Notes: generated from the sequence alone by a model not told the origin. Positions 51,036-62,595 are shown, counted from the stretch's first letter. The stretch is 64,000 nt of DNA from Chiloscyllium plagiosum (GCF_004010195.1 NC_057718.1:85822283-85886282), one strand, 5' to 3'. Numbers and translations: made by a program.

Positions 51036-52189
51036 ATTTTTGGATCCATATGCTGAGGTTTACATTTTACTTTGCAGGTCCTGCAAATACATCCCCACTA
51101 CTCAAACATACTAATATATAGAGACCCTGATGTTCCTGAAAAACTCATTTGATGCAGCCCTTGATGAAACTATTAATGTCCCCTTTTTAAGCTTGGAGCC
51201 CCTGATTATCAAGGTGACAATGTCTTTGCTGGTCCTTCACCCTCCCCATATCAAGGACAGAATGAGCATGACTTGCTCTTTCAATGAGCATGACAGCCCT
51301 TCAAGACCTCACATCCCCAAGTTTACCCCCTAACATCTATTGTTGCTTCCTGAAACTATTGACCACTCCTTCAACTTCTTAATACAATCAGGTCAAGGTG
51401 GGAGGCGAAAGGAGGGATAGTACAGGCAATAAGTAGCAGGTTTAAATAAGGACTAGGAATCAGTGCAGGCTTGTTGGGCTGAAGGACCTGTTCCTGTGCT
51501 GTGTTGTATTGTATTATTGTACTATATCTGCCTGCTGTCTTGACTGATGCTAAAACCTCCCTGGATTATGTGTGAACCTCACTCCAACCAATGCAGTTCA
51601 TACCTGGACTGACTAACTGAAGACACTAGGATTGACAGTGGCTCAGTCCCTGGATTTAAGCCCTTCAAATGACAGTGCAGTACCCCCTGGCTGACTGGAG
51701 GCCATTCTCACTTCACTAACCATGCATTTCCTTTCCCATTGTCATGCTGTCCTGCTGACAAATGCACCAGCTCTGTGTTGCTGCACCTCTGTGCCATTCA
51801 GCGTTATGTATCCAAGAATGTACTCTTCAATGCTTCCTACAGGCACCAGCTTCTATGCTGAAGTTTCATTGATGAAACAACAACTGTTGGCTGATTCTGC
51901 CCGATGAAGCTAATGCTGATGCTTTGCCTTCGCTCAGTTGATGGAGTGATGGTCCAGGGACACACTGTGTTTTAGTCAGCATGGACTACCTGAAAATGCA
52001 TTGCTACTATATCAGTGGAGGCAGTGAAAACTGTGTATCCCCCTGTATGTGAGGCACAGGAGCCAAGTCAACAGACATGTGCTTGCCTTATGCAATAGAC
52101 TGTCTAAAATGTCAAGTATCTTGATTGGATAGGTGAATTGGGAAGAGGGAGTAAATTGTGGCATTAGGTAATAAATGAGACACAAATGA

Positions 52190-53840
52190 ACAAGACCGTA
52201 AGATATAGGAGCAGAATTAAGTCATTCAGCCCGTTGAATCAGCTCCATTATTTGATCGTGACTGATATGTTTCTCAACCCCATTTTGCTTCCTTCATCCT
52301 GTTACCCTGGTCCTCGGTCTAAAATACACGCAATGACCTGGCCTTCACAGACTTCCGGGGCAATGAGTTCCTCAGATTCACCACCTCCTGGCTGAAGAAA
52401 TTCCTCTTCATCTCAATTCTAAAGATTCGTCCCTTCAGTCTGAGGCTGGGCCCTTGCGTCCTATTTTGTCTTACTGGTGGAAATGTCTTCTCCATTTTAC
52501 CCAGGGTCCTCAGTATTCTGTAAGTTTCAATGAGATTCCCCCTCATCCTTCTTAACTCCGTTGAGTACTGACCAAATTCTTCAAGCACTTCATCCCTGGG
52601 ATCATTCTTATAAACCTCCTCTGCATCCCCCTCCAAAGGTAGCACATCCTTTCCTAGATACAAGGCCCAAAACTGCTCACAATGCTCCAAATGCAGTCTA
52701 ACAAGAGCCTTAAACAGCCTCAGTAGTAGATCCCTGCTATTGTATTCTAGCCCTTTTAAAATGAACAGTAACATTGCATTTGCCTTCCTGACTGCCAGCT
52801 TAACCTGCATGCTAACCTGGTGAATCTTGAACCAAGATTCCCAACTCCCTTAGATCCTCTGATTTCTGAAGCCTTTCTCTATTTAGAAAACAGTCTATGC
52901 CTCTAATATTCCTATCAACGTGCATAGCCTCACACTTTCATACATTGTATTCCACCTGCCACTTCTTTGACCACTCTCCTAGCTGGTCACTGTCCTTCTG
53001 CAGCCTTCCCACTTCCTCGTCACTATCCTGTTATAGAGTCATAGAGATGTACAGCATGGAAACAGACTCTTGGGTCCAACTCGTTCATGCCAACCAGATA
53101 TCCTAAACTAATCTAGTCCCCTTTGCTAGCACTTGGCCCATATCCCTTTAAACCTGTCCCATTCACATAACCATCCAGATGCCTTTTAAATGTTATAATT
53201 GTCGCAGCCTCCACCATTTCCTCTGGCAGTTCATTCCATCCATGTACCACCCTCTACATGAAAAAGTTGCCCCTCGTGTCTCTTTTAAACTTTTTCCCTC
53301 TCATCCTAAACCTATGCCCTCTAGTTCTGGACTCCCCACCCTAGGGAAAAGACTTTGTTTATTTACCCTATCTATGCCTGTCATGATTTTATAAACCTCT
53401 AAAAGGTCACCCCTCAGTCTCCGACACTCAAGGGAAAACAGCCCCAGCCTGTTCAGCCTCTCCCTATAGCTCAAATCCTCCAACCCTGGCAACGTCCTTG
53501 TAAATCTTTGCATAACCCTTTCAAGTTTCACAACAATCTTCCGATAGAGGGGAGACCAGAATGACACACAATATTCCAAAAGTGTTCTTGCATTTATCTT
53601 TGTACCATTTGCAAACTTAGTAACAATGTTGTCAGTTCCTTCCTCCACATCATTAAGGTATAGTGTGGATAGTTGTGGTCCCAACACTGACCCCTACGGA
53701 ACCTCACTAGTCTCTGTCTGCCATCCTGAAAAAGACCTCTTTCTCTGCAATCTCTGCCCTCTGCCAGTCAGCCAATCCTCTATCCATGCCAAGATCTTGC
53801 CCCTAACACCTTAGGCTCTCATCTTATTTAGCAGTCTCCT
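52190..53840 (-). mobile_element. CR1 LINE fragment with a nested younger CR1 (about 53033-53585)
   Basis: AVRKANAMLLFILKGLEY; LGPQLSTLYLND...TKFANGTK; inner copy LLEYCVSFWSP...LPGLEDLSYRERL. Confidence 0.8.
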
Positions 53841-54404
53841 AAATTAGCTCATTTGACTGGATAGCTGCTTTCTGAAACCAGCAGCATACGTTCAATTGTT
53901 TGACTGAGGTTACAGTGGCAGACACTCCTTCTCAACCCCTCCTCTTGCCTGAAGCATGGTCACCCTTGGGTTAAGCCATCGCCAATCATCTCTGTTTAAT
54001 GAGAGAATAGGAGAACTTTATTTGGTCAATAGCAGCAGATGGTAGAAGTTGGACGTATCCACTTAGCCCCCAAGTTGGCATTATTTGTGTTGATTCTCAT
54101 CTTCCAATTAAAATAAACCATATTGTTTGCCAGTCCTTGTTGCCTGATGGTACTATTAGGTTGAAAGAACCATATAATTTGGTGGCAGCATACTTTGTGA
54201 TGATTAACTGAAAAGTATGCAGCTTTAACACTTCACATGCAACAAAAGGGAATAATTGATGTGAAAGGGAAGCAACTATCAAAACACATTGAATCTGAAT
54301 AACAGTTCTTTAGGAATTCTGTTCTCCATGCCTTCGTACGAGGACATCCCCGCACCATGCTCCAGTCAACAGGGATTAGTTAGGATTTTTCAAATTTAGG
54401 AGAG

Positions 54405-54532
54405 TCCTGAAGAAGGGTTATACCCGAAACACCGACTTCATCACCTCCTGATGCTGCCTGGCTTGCTGTGTTCTTCCAGCCTCCTGCCTGTCTACTTTGG
54501 ATTCCAGCATCGGCAGTTGTTTTGTCTCTAAC
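54405..54532 (+). mobile_element. Mini-Penelope-like element with a degenerate hammerhead
   Basis: ctgaagaagggttatacccgaaacaccga; TSD caaatttaggagag (54391-54404 / 54533-54546). Confidence 0.8.
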
Positions 54533-55259
54533 CAAATTTAGGAGAGGCAAACTAGATTAAATCTACTTGCCGCAGGAACAGAAATAGTTGACTTTGGGAA
54601 GTCTAATTTCGAGCAAACTTGACTGTCGTCGATATCCATTTCTGCTCTTTGCTGCAATTCTGGGAGGACTGATTACACACTACAGACTGAGCTGGGAAGG
54701 CAAATATCCTCCAATAACTGCGACTAACAGCCGGAAAAAAAGGTGTTAAAAATATTTATTTTAGTGTTGAAACACACAGTACAAATTGGTGCTTAAAGTC
54801 ACCACTTTATTGGTGAAATTTAGAGTAAAATGAGGGTTCAACAGTGTGACCATTGTAGTCAAGGAATAACCCATAACCAGTTATCGTGTTGCCATAGGGG
54901 CTTCTCTGTCATCAGCGAGAAGCAACTGGTGGTGATTTAACCTGACGGCCACCAGACTTCAGGTGAGAAAAGAGGTTGAGAAGGAGAGTCCTTCGTGGTA
55001 ACCTCAAACCAGTAATGGGAATTGAACCCACGTTGTTAGCATCATACTGCTCTATAAGCCAATGATCCAGCCAACTGAGCTAAACCAACTCCCATAACCA
55101 GTTGAGGCATTGCCCACAAGAGGTAATGCAACTGAAAGAGACAAAACGCCTGCATCGAGTTGTTGGAACTTCCAGCTAGCATTCAAACTCCTACAAAAAA
55201 GCAGGAGGTGACGGCAACATTTCCAAAACTTAATTGGAAAGCCTCTGCTTTGTTCTAAC

Positions 55260-55668
55260 AATAAGATTGTTGGAACTAGGAGCAGGAGTAAGCAATTCAG
55301 CCTCTCAAGCCTGCTCTGCTAATTAATACAATCGTGGCTGATCTCATCTCAGCCTCAACTCCACTCCCCTATAACCCTTTAAGACATTACTCATTAAAAA
55401 TCTGTTAAATTTATTCAGTCTCCCTGCATCCATCGCACTGTGGGGTAGAGAATTATACAGACTTACGATCCTTTGAGAGAAGTAAATCCTCCTCATCTCT
55501 GTTTTAAATATGCACCCCAAAAATCCCTCCCCCCAACCCCCCCTTGTGTGAAACTATGACCTCTCATTTTAGATTGCCCCACGGGGGAACATCTGCTCCA
55601 AGTCTACTTTGTCAATCCCCTTTAGAATCTTATAAACCTTAATTAGAGCTCATCTCATTCTTCTAAAC
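55260..55668 (-). mobile_element. CR1 LINE 3' fragment
   Basis: aggagcaggagtaagcaattcagcc 3'UTR (reverse); catctcattcttctaaac. Confidence 0.65.
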
Positions 55669-55670
55669 CT

Positions 55671-56105
55671 CATGAGGCTGCGTTTTCAGATCCTCAATTT
55701 TTCTAAACCAGACAAACAAGCCATTAAAATAAAAATTGCTGCAGGCAATGGAGGCTTCCATTGACTGAACATATCAGGTCTGTCCAATGACCATCTCAAA
55801 AATCCAGTTAAATACGGTCAGTACTCGAAAATCAATTAGACCTGAAGCTCATCTTCTGAACATATTATCGGAAAGTCATATCCTTTGGACACAACCCTCA
55901 GAGATTAGTGATCAACTCATAAGTAGATGCAGAGTCAAGGGACACAATTATAACTATTGGCACAGTGGTACAAATATAAACCTGTTCCAGTGCTCAAATT
56001 ATATGACCACAGATTAAGATTCAGCATAATTTAAATGGGAAACTAGATATTGGTGTAAGTACAAACATTTTTCAACCTGATAAACTGCAATGCATGAACC
56101 CACAG
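55671..56105 (+). mobile_element. Ty3/Gypsy LTR-retrotransposon relic: gag fused by deletion to protease
   Basis: KPDKQAIKIKIAAGNGGFH*LNISGLS...QPSEISDQLISRCRVKG (gag-like), then GKLDIGVSTNIF (aspartic-protease DTG-like). Confidence 0.55.
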
Positions 56106-56256
56106 AAGTGGCCAATGATGATTCAAACAACCAACAACAATTTCACCGTCAGTTACAGTCATTGAGTCATACAGCGCAGAAACAGACACTTTGGTCCAAA
56201 CAGTCCCTGCCAACTATAATCACAAACTAGCCTGCACTTGGCTCATATCCCTCCAA

Positions 56257-56620
56257 GGTAAAAACAATGACTGCAGATGCTGGAAACCAGATTCTGGATC
56301 AATGGTGCTGGAAGAGCACAGCAATTCAGGCAGCATCGAGGAGCTTCAGCAAAATCGACGTTTCGGGCAAAAGCCCTTCATCAGGAATAAAGGCAGAGAG
56401 CCTGAAGCGTGGAGAGATAAGCTAGAGGAGGGTCGGGGTGGGGAGAGAGTAGCATAGAGTACAATGGGTGAGTGGGGGAGGAGATGAAGGTGATAGGTCA
56501 GGGAGGAGAGGGTGGAGTGGATAGGTGGAAAAGGAGATAGGCAGGTAGGACAAGTCCGGACAAGTCAAGGGGACTGGAAGTTTGAAACTAGGATGAGGTG
56601 GGGGAAGGGGAAATGAGGAA
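56257..56620 (-). mobile_element. Penelope-like pLTR with an intact hammerhead motif (56354-56388) and purine-rich extension, inserted in a CR1 3' fragment
   Basis: Minus strand reads attcCTGATGAaGGGCttttGCCCGAAACGTCgat. Confidence 0.8.
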
Positions 56621-57204
56621 GACTTATCTATATTTCTTTTAAACATTGTAATTGTATCCACATCCACCACTTCCTCTAAAAGTTCATTCAACACATAAGC
56701 CACTCTCTGTCTAAAAAAAAATTGCACCTCATGTCTTTTTAAAATCTTTCTCCTCTTATCTTAAAATCTTTTAATTCATCCACAGATAACATGTAAGCAT
56801 GCTGATAAGGACAGAAGAGCAGTAAAAACAGGTTCAGGATCACAATAAAAATAATTTTGATCAAATGTTGCTCCAAAGTTTCAAGAGGTTCACCCAGATA
56901 TTTCATATTATTGATGGACACCAAACGTTCTGTGATTGTAGACCTAGCGATGAACAAGAATTATGAGAATATGGGAAAAGCCAGATCTTTATGGTAGCAT
57001 TTGATAGATGATAACATTTAAAAGAAGCAAAATACATGGAGGAACTAAGGGTGAGATGATAAATGGCAGGATTTCAAGGTTGAATTGAAATGCCAAAAAT
57101 TATTACATAAACAAAAGAAACATGAGCAGTGATTGCTAAGTAGATACATGAACAGGTAAGATGATAAATCCAAACCGCCATTTATAGCTGATATGTTCTC
57201 TCTG

Positions 57205-57484
57205 GGGTGGCACAGTGGTTAGCACTGCTACCTCACAGCACCGGGGTCCCAAGTTCGATTCCAGCCTTGGGTGACTGTCTGTATGGAGTTTGCACATTCT
57301 CCCTGTGTCTGCGTGGGTTTTCTCTGGGTGCTCCGGTTTCCTCCCATTGGCCATGCTAAATTGCCCATAGTATTAGGTGCATTAATCAGAGGGAAATGGG
57401 TCTGGGTGGGTTACTCTTTGGAGGGTTGATGTGGACTGATTGGGCTGAAGGGCCTGTTTCCACACTGTAAGGAATCTAATCTAT
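57205..57484 (+). mobile_element. HE1-type V-SINE
   Basis: gggtggcacagtggttagcactgc...gttcgattcc...gaagggcctgtttccacactgtaaggaatctaatcta. Confidence 0.85.
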
Positions 57485-57582
57485 AACTTAGACTTGAACA
57501 GTTAGGGTTAAGTTGAGGTAAGTAGGAGTTAATAGACAAACTGTGATCAAACACAGAATTGTTATGGTGTAGATGGATATGA

Positions 57583-57830
57583 TGGGCTCATGCACTGCAG
57601 TTTATCAGGTGAAAAGATGTTTGCACTTACGCCAATATCTAGTTTTCCATGTAAATTGTGCTGAATCTTAATCTGTGGTCATATAATTTGAGCACAGGAA
57701 AAGATTTGTACCACTGTGCCAATAGACACTTGAATGTCGCAATTCTGTCCCTTGACTCTGCATCTACTTATGAATTGATCAATAATTTCTGAGGGTTGTG
57801 TGCAAAGGACATGAATTTCCAATAATATTT
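57583..57830 (-). repeat. Inverted duplicate of 55858-56103 (Gypsy relic)
   Basis: gtcccttgactctgcatctacttatga and tgctgaatcttaatctgtggtcatataatttgagcac are exact reverse complements of 55917-55943 and 55990-56026. Confidence 0.85.
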
Positions 57831-58617
57831 TTAGTCCAGCATATGTGAAATGGCTGTGTTGGTATTTAACTCAGAGTTATTCTCCTGCCTTTTCCCCGTA
57901 CCCCTGCCCATTGTTTCCAATTAAATAACATCCAAAGCTCTCTAGAAAGCCTCAGTTGAACCTGCCTCCACTACAATACTTGACAGTGCATTCCAGACCC
58001 AACTACTTGCTATGTGAAAAAGTTCCTTTATCCCCCCACTACGCATTCGCTTGTTTTGCAAAACTGTGCTCTCGGGTTTTTGATCTTTTGATAAGTGGGA
58101 ACAGTTTCTCTGGATTCCCACTGTCCGGACCTCACATGATTTTGTAAACATCTATCAAAATTTGAATTGAATTGAATTGAGTTGAATTGAATTAGCTTTA
58201 TTGTCACATGTACTGAAATGAGTATAGGGCAACGTTTGCAATTCATCAGTTACTATACCATCTTAGGTGCAAAGGTAGCTGGTTATAGATTGTTCGAGAC
58301 AAGCTCTTAGGAAAAAAATAAGAGAAAAATAAAGAAATAAAATTAAAAAAAAATATCTTAGCCTTCTCTGCTCCAAAGGAAAATAGTCACTATTGTTCCA
58401 ATCTTTCCTCATGACTGAAGTGCCTCATCCTTGGGACCATTCTGTTACACCTCTGCCACCCTCTCTCAAATGCATTTGAGTCACAGAGATGTACAGCGCG
58501 GAAACAGACCCTTTGGTCCAATTCGCCCATGCTGACCAGATATCCCAACCAAATCTAGTCCCATTTGCCAGCACTTGGCCCATATCCCTCTAAACCCTTC
58601 CTATTCATATACCCTAG

Positions 58618-59525
58618 ACTCTGACCTGCTCTTGTAGCCACTGTGTTTATTTGGTGATTCCATTTGAGTTTCTAGTCAATGATAACCCCTAGGACGTTGA
58701 TAATGGGGGAATTCAATGATGTTAACACCATTGAATGCCAGTGGGTGGTGGTTTGATTGTCTCTTATTGGTGATCACAGTTATGTAACATTCAATGGCGT
58801 TACCATCACTGACTTCCTCCACTATCAATGTGCTGGGAATTATCATTGACCAGAAATGCAACTGAAATCACCACATAAACACAGCGGCTACAACAGCAGG
58901 TCAGAGACTAGGAATCACAGCGGCTACAACAGCAGGTCAGAGACTAGGAATACTGCAGCAAGTAACCCACCTCCTGACTCCGCAAAGCCTGTCCACCATC
59001 TACAAGACACAAGTCAGGAGTGTGATGGAATACTTCCCACTTGCCAAGATGGGTGCAGCCCCAACAACACTCAAGAAGCTTGACACCATCCAGTATAAAG
59101 CAGCCCGCTTGACTCGCACCACAGCCACAAACATCCATTCCCTCCACCACCGATGCTCAGTAGCAGCAGTGTGTATTATCTATAAGTTGCACTGCAGAAA
59201 TTCACCAAAGATCTCAGATAGCACCTTCCAAAACCTACGTCCACTTCCATTGAGAAGGACAAGAGCAGCTCATACATGGGAACACCACCACCTTCAAGCT
59301 CCCCTACAAGCCACTCACCATCCTGTCTTGGAAATATATTACTGTTCCTTCGCTGACTCTGGGTCAAAATTCTGGAATTTCCTCCCTAATGGTGGATCAA
59401 CCCATAGCAGGTGGACTGCAGAGATTCAAGAAAGTAGCTTACTACCACCTTCATCAGGGCAACTAGGGACAGGCAGTAAACGTTGACCAGCCAGTGATGC
59501 CCACGTCCCAGCAATGAATATTAAA
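58618..59525 (+). mobile_element. CR1/L2-group LINE 3' fragment with a fold-back inverted 5' end and a 36-bp tandem duplication (58880-58951)
   Basis: MMEYFPLAKMGAAPTTLKKLDTIQYKAARL; 58618-58740 is an inverted copy of 58788-58905. Confidence 0.75.
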
Positions 59526-60351
59526 AAAAAATGTCTCTGCCAATGTAGAGTCAACACGCTGAGCAATACAGTTATAAATGGATATGTATTGCAATTCCAA
59601 ATCTGTAAACTCCATTGTACTGCAGGGCCAATTCAGAATTGCTATTCAGTAGACAGTATTCAGTGCAGATAACACTAACCAATCATTGCTAGTCAATGCC
59701 CTCAGGAATACGTGATGTCTTGATCAAAGAATGGGAAGATGAAAGATTCACAGCACTGGCTTGTGGGTAGCATATTATCTAACCTGAACATGGGACAGAA
59801 TGTTTGAACACTGATGGTACGTGGAATCCAGTACAAATCAACAGAATATGCCCAGAATCAAGGTTGCATCAAGTACAAAATCAAAATGCATGGCAGTGAG
59901 TCCAAACAGATGCCAAATCAGAACAACACCACAACCATATACACCCAGGCAGTTCCATTGCAAACAGAACACAGTCTAGGACACAACACCAGTACAGTAT
60001 GCTCAACCGACAGCCTGGAAGTGCACAGCAGCCTCCAACAATGATCACCAGAACTGAATTTGGATAAACAACTGACCAATATATTTCAGAATTATGTAAA
60101 TGTATTGACTTGCATAATGACTTGATTAGACACAGTGTTATTTGCTGCCATAAATACAGTTTCATTTTTTCAGAGTAATCTTTTGTTTAAAAACAAGGGG
60201 AACTTTGCAAATGATGCATTTGTAGCTTTAAGGGAATACATGTCAATCATTGCCACTTTGACAGAATGTGATGTATTAATCCCATAACTTCATTAAATCT
60301 ACAGCAGAAGACGGTCGGGAGTTTAACATTTATACTTAGCGCTCTAGTTAA

Positions 60352-62595
60352 TGTATCATTTGGCAGAATGCCTCATTATCAGAACTTTGCAGCAAGCACC
60401 AAGACATTGTTTGGTTGAGAAGGGTGAGAAGGGCATCATCTGTGAGATCCTTCATGTATGTCCAGACGGGACCTGATCGGGTGTACGCGAGAACTCTGTG
60501 GGAGGCTAGAGAGGTGATTGCCGGGCCTTTTGCTGGGATATTTGTATCATTGATAGTCACAAGTGAGGTGCCGGAGGACTGGAGGTTGGCAAATGTGGTG
60601 CCACTGTTTAGGAGGGGCGGTAGGGATGGGCTGGGGAACTGTAGACTGGTGGGTCTGGCCTTGGTGGTGGAAGGGTTGTTGGAGGGAATCCTGAGGGACA
60701 GGATGTACATGTATTTGGAAGGACTGATTGGGGAGAGTCAGCATGGCTTTGTGCGTGGGAGGTCATGTCTCACAGACTTGATTGGGTTATTTGAGGAAGT
60801 GGCAAAGAAGATTGATGGGGGCGGAGCGGTGGGTCTGGTCTATATGGACTTCGGTAGGGCGTTCGGTGGGGTTCCCCATGGGAGACTGATTAGCAAGGTT
60901 AGATCTCATGGAATAAAAGGAGAACTAGCCATTTGGATACAGAGCTGGCTCAAGGGTGGAAGGCAGAGGATGGTACTAGAGGGTTGTTTTTCGGACTGGA
61001 GGCTGTGGCCAGGGGAGTGCTGCAGGCATCGGTGCTGGGTCCTCTACTTTTCGTCATTTAAATAAATGATTTTGATGCAAGCATAAGAGGTACAGTTAGT
61101 GGCTTTGCAGATGACACCAGGGTTGGAGGTGTGGTGAACAGCGGGGAGGGTTACCTCAGATTACAGCAGGATCTGGACCAGATGGGCCAATGGACTGAGG
61201 GGTGGAAGATGGAGTTTAATTTGGATAGGTGCGAGGTGCTGCATTTTGGGAAAGCAAATCTTAGCAGAACTTATACACTTAATGGTCAGGTCCTGTGGGG
61301 TGTTGCTGGGTAGGGGGACCTTGGAGTGCAGGTTCAAAGCTCCTTGAAAGTGGAGTTGCAGGTAGATAGGGTAGTGAAAAAGGTGTTTGGTATGCTTTCC
61401 TTTATTGGTCAGAGTACTGAGTACGGGAGTTGGGAGGTCGTGTTGCTGGTGTATGGGACATTGGTTAGGCCACTGTTGGAGTGTTGCATGCAGTTCTGGT
61501 CTCCTTCCTGTCGGAGGGATGTTGTGAGGCTTGAAGGGATTCAGAGGAGATTTGCAGGGTTGTTGCCAGGGTTGGAGGATTTGAGCTATGGGGAGAGGCT
61601 GAACAGGCTGGGGCTGTTTTCCCTGGAGCATTGAGGGCTGAGGGGTGACCTTGTGGAGGTTTGCAGGATTGTGGAGGGCATGGATAGGATGGATGGACAG
61701 GGTCTTTTCCCTGGGGTCAGGGAGTCCAGAACGAGAGGGCATAGGTTTAGAGTGAGAGGGGAAAGATATAAAAGAGACTTACAGGGCAACTTTTTCATAC
61801 AGAGAGTGGTATGTGTATGGAATGAGCTGCCAGAGGATGCGGTGGAGGCTGGTACAATTACAACATTTGAGAAGCATTTGGATGGGTATATGAATAGGAA
61901 GGGTTTGGAGGGATATGGGTCGGGTGCTGGGAGGTGGGACTAGATTGGGTTGGGATATCTGGTCGGCATGGACGAGTTAGACCGAAGGGTCTGTTTCCAT
62001 GCTGTACATCTCTATGACTCTATGACTCTCTGTGCCACATTGTCCCACATCTCCTTCTGGAATGTGCCTTTGCAAAGGAAGTCTGGAGAAAGATGCAGTG
62101 GTTTTTGTAGAGGTTCATCCTGAGCAGCTCCATGACGCAGGACTCTGCTCAACAGTCTGTTCTCCGGGACGCACACTGAGACAAACATTGATTGTGTCTG
62201 CAGGATCATCAATTCAGTGAAAGATGGTTTTCAGTCTGCCCAAAACGTGTTGGTCTTCCAGAGCAAGGCGTTGACTTCGACTGAGTATAGCAGACTGACA
62301 CATTCCAATGTCCAGGACTGCATGCTGAAGGATGCATTAAAGCTTGGAGCATCTGCCACCAAGGTACAGTGAGGCAAGACCACCAATTAAGGTCTTTCTG
62401 CCAAAGTATAATGGGGAGATGTCCAGTTATTGGACCCTCCCAGTGCCTCAAATGTATGTAAATAGTGTCTTATACAAGTTAGAGAAGTCTTGGGCATGTT
62501 TGTTCTCCATATAAAAGACTGCAAACAGAATGAACTGTTCTTGTGACTGTATGTATATAAAGACCTTTTATGAATAAAGCATGTTATTGAAATTT
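60352..62595 (+). mobile_element. Tx1-like (L1 clade) LINE 3' fragment split by the hyper-edited CR1
   Basis: Left: IIWQNASLSELCSKHQDIVWL...VRSFMY. Right: HLLLECAFAKEVWRKMQWF...GTHTETNIDCVCRIINSVKD (zf-RVT region). End tttatgaataaag. Confidence 0.75.
60468..62028 (+). mobile_element. CR1 LINE, 5'-truncated, with dense sense-strand A-to-G hypermutation
   Basis: Colinear with 25476-26742, but FKKGG>FRRGG, NYRPVSLT>NCRLVGLA, DFSK.FDKVPH>DFGRAFGGVPH, EVYKIMRGMDRINRQS>EVCRIVEGMDRMDGQG; tail ctatgactctatgactc. Confidence 0.92.

Noticed and set aside
60415..61065. 216-aa Gly/Arg-rich ORF as a novel protein
   Set aside because: It is the A>G-hypermutated CR1 RT frame. A>G changes cannot create stops, so openness is not evidence of function.
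60468..61702. APOBEC G>A editing of the other copies as the explanation
   Set aside because: The A-containing state encodes the conserved RT motifs and is shared by several independent copies, so G is derived.
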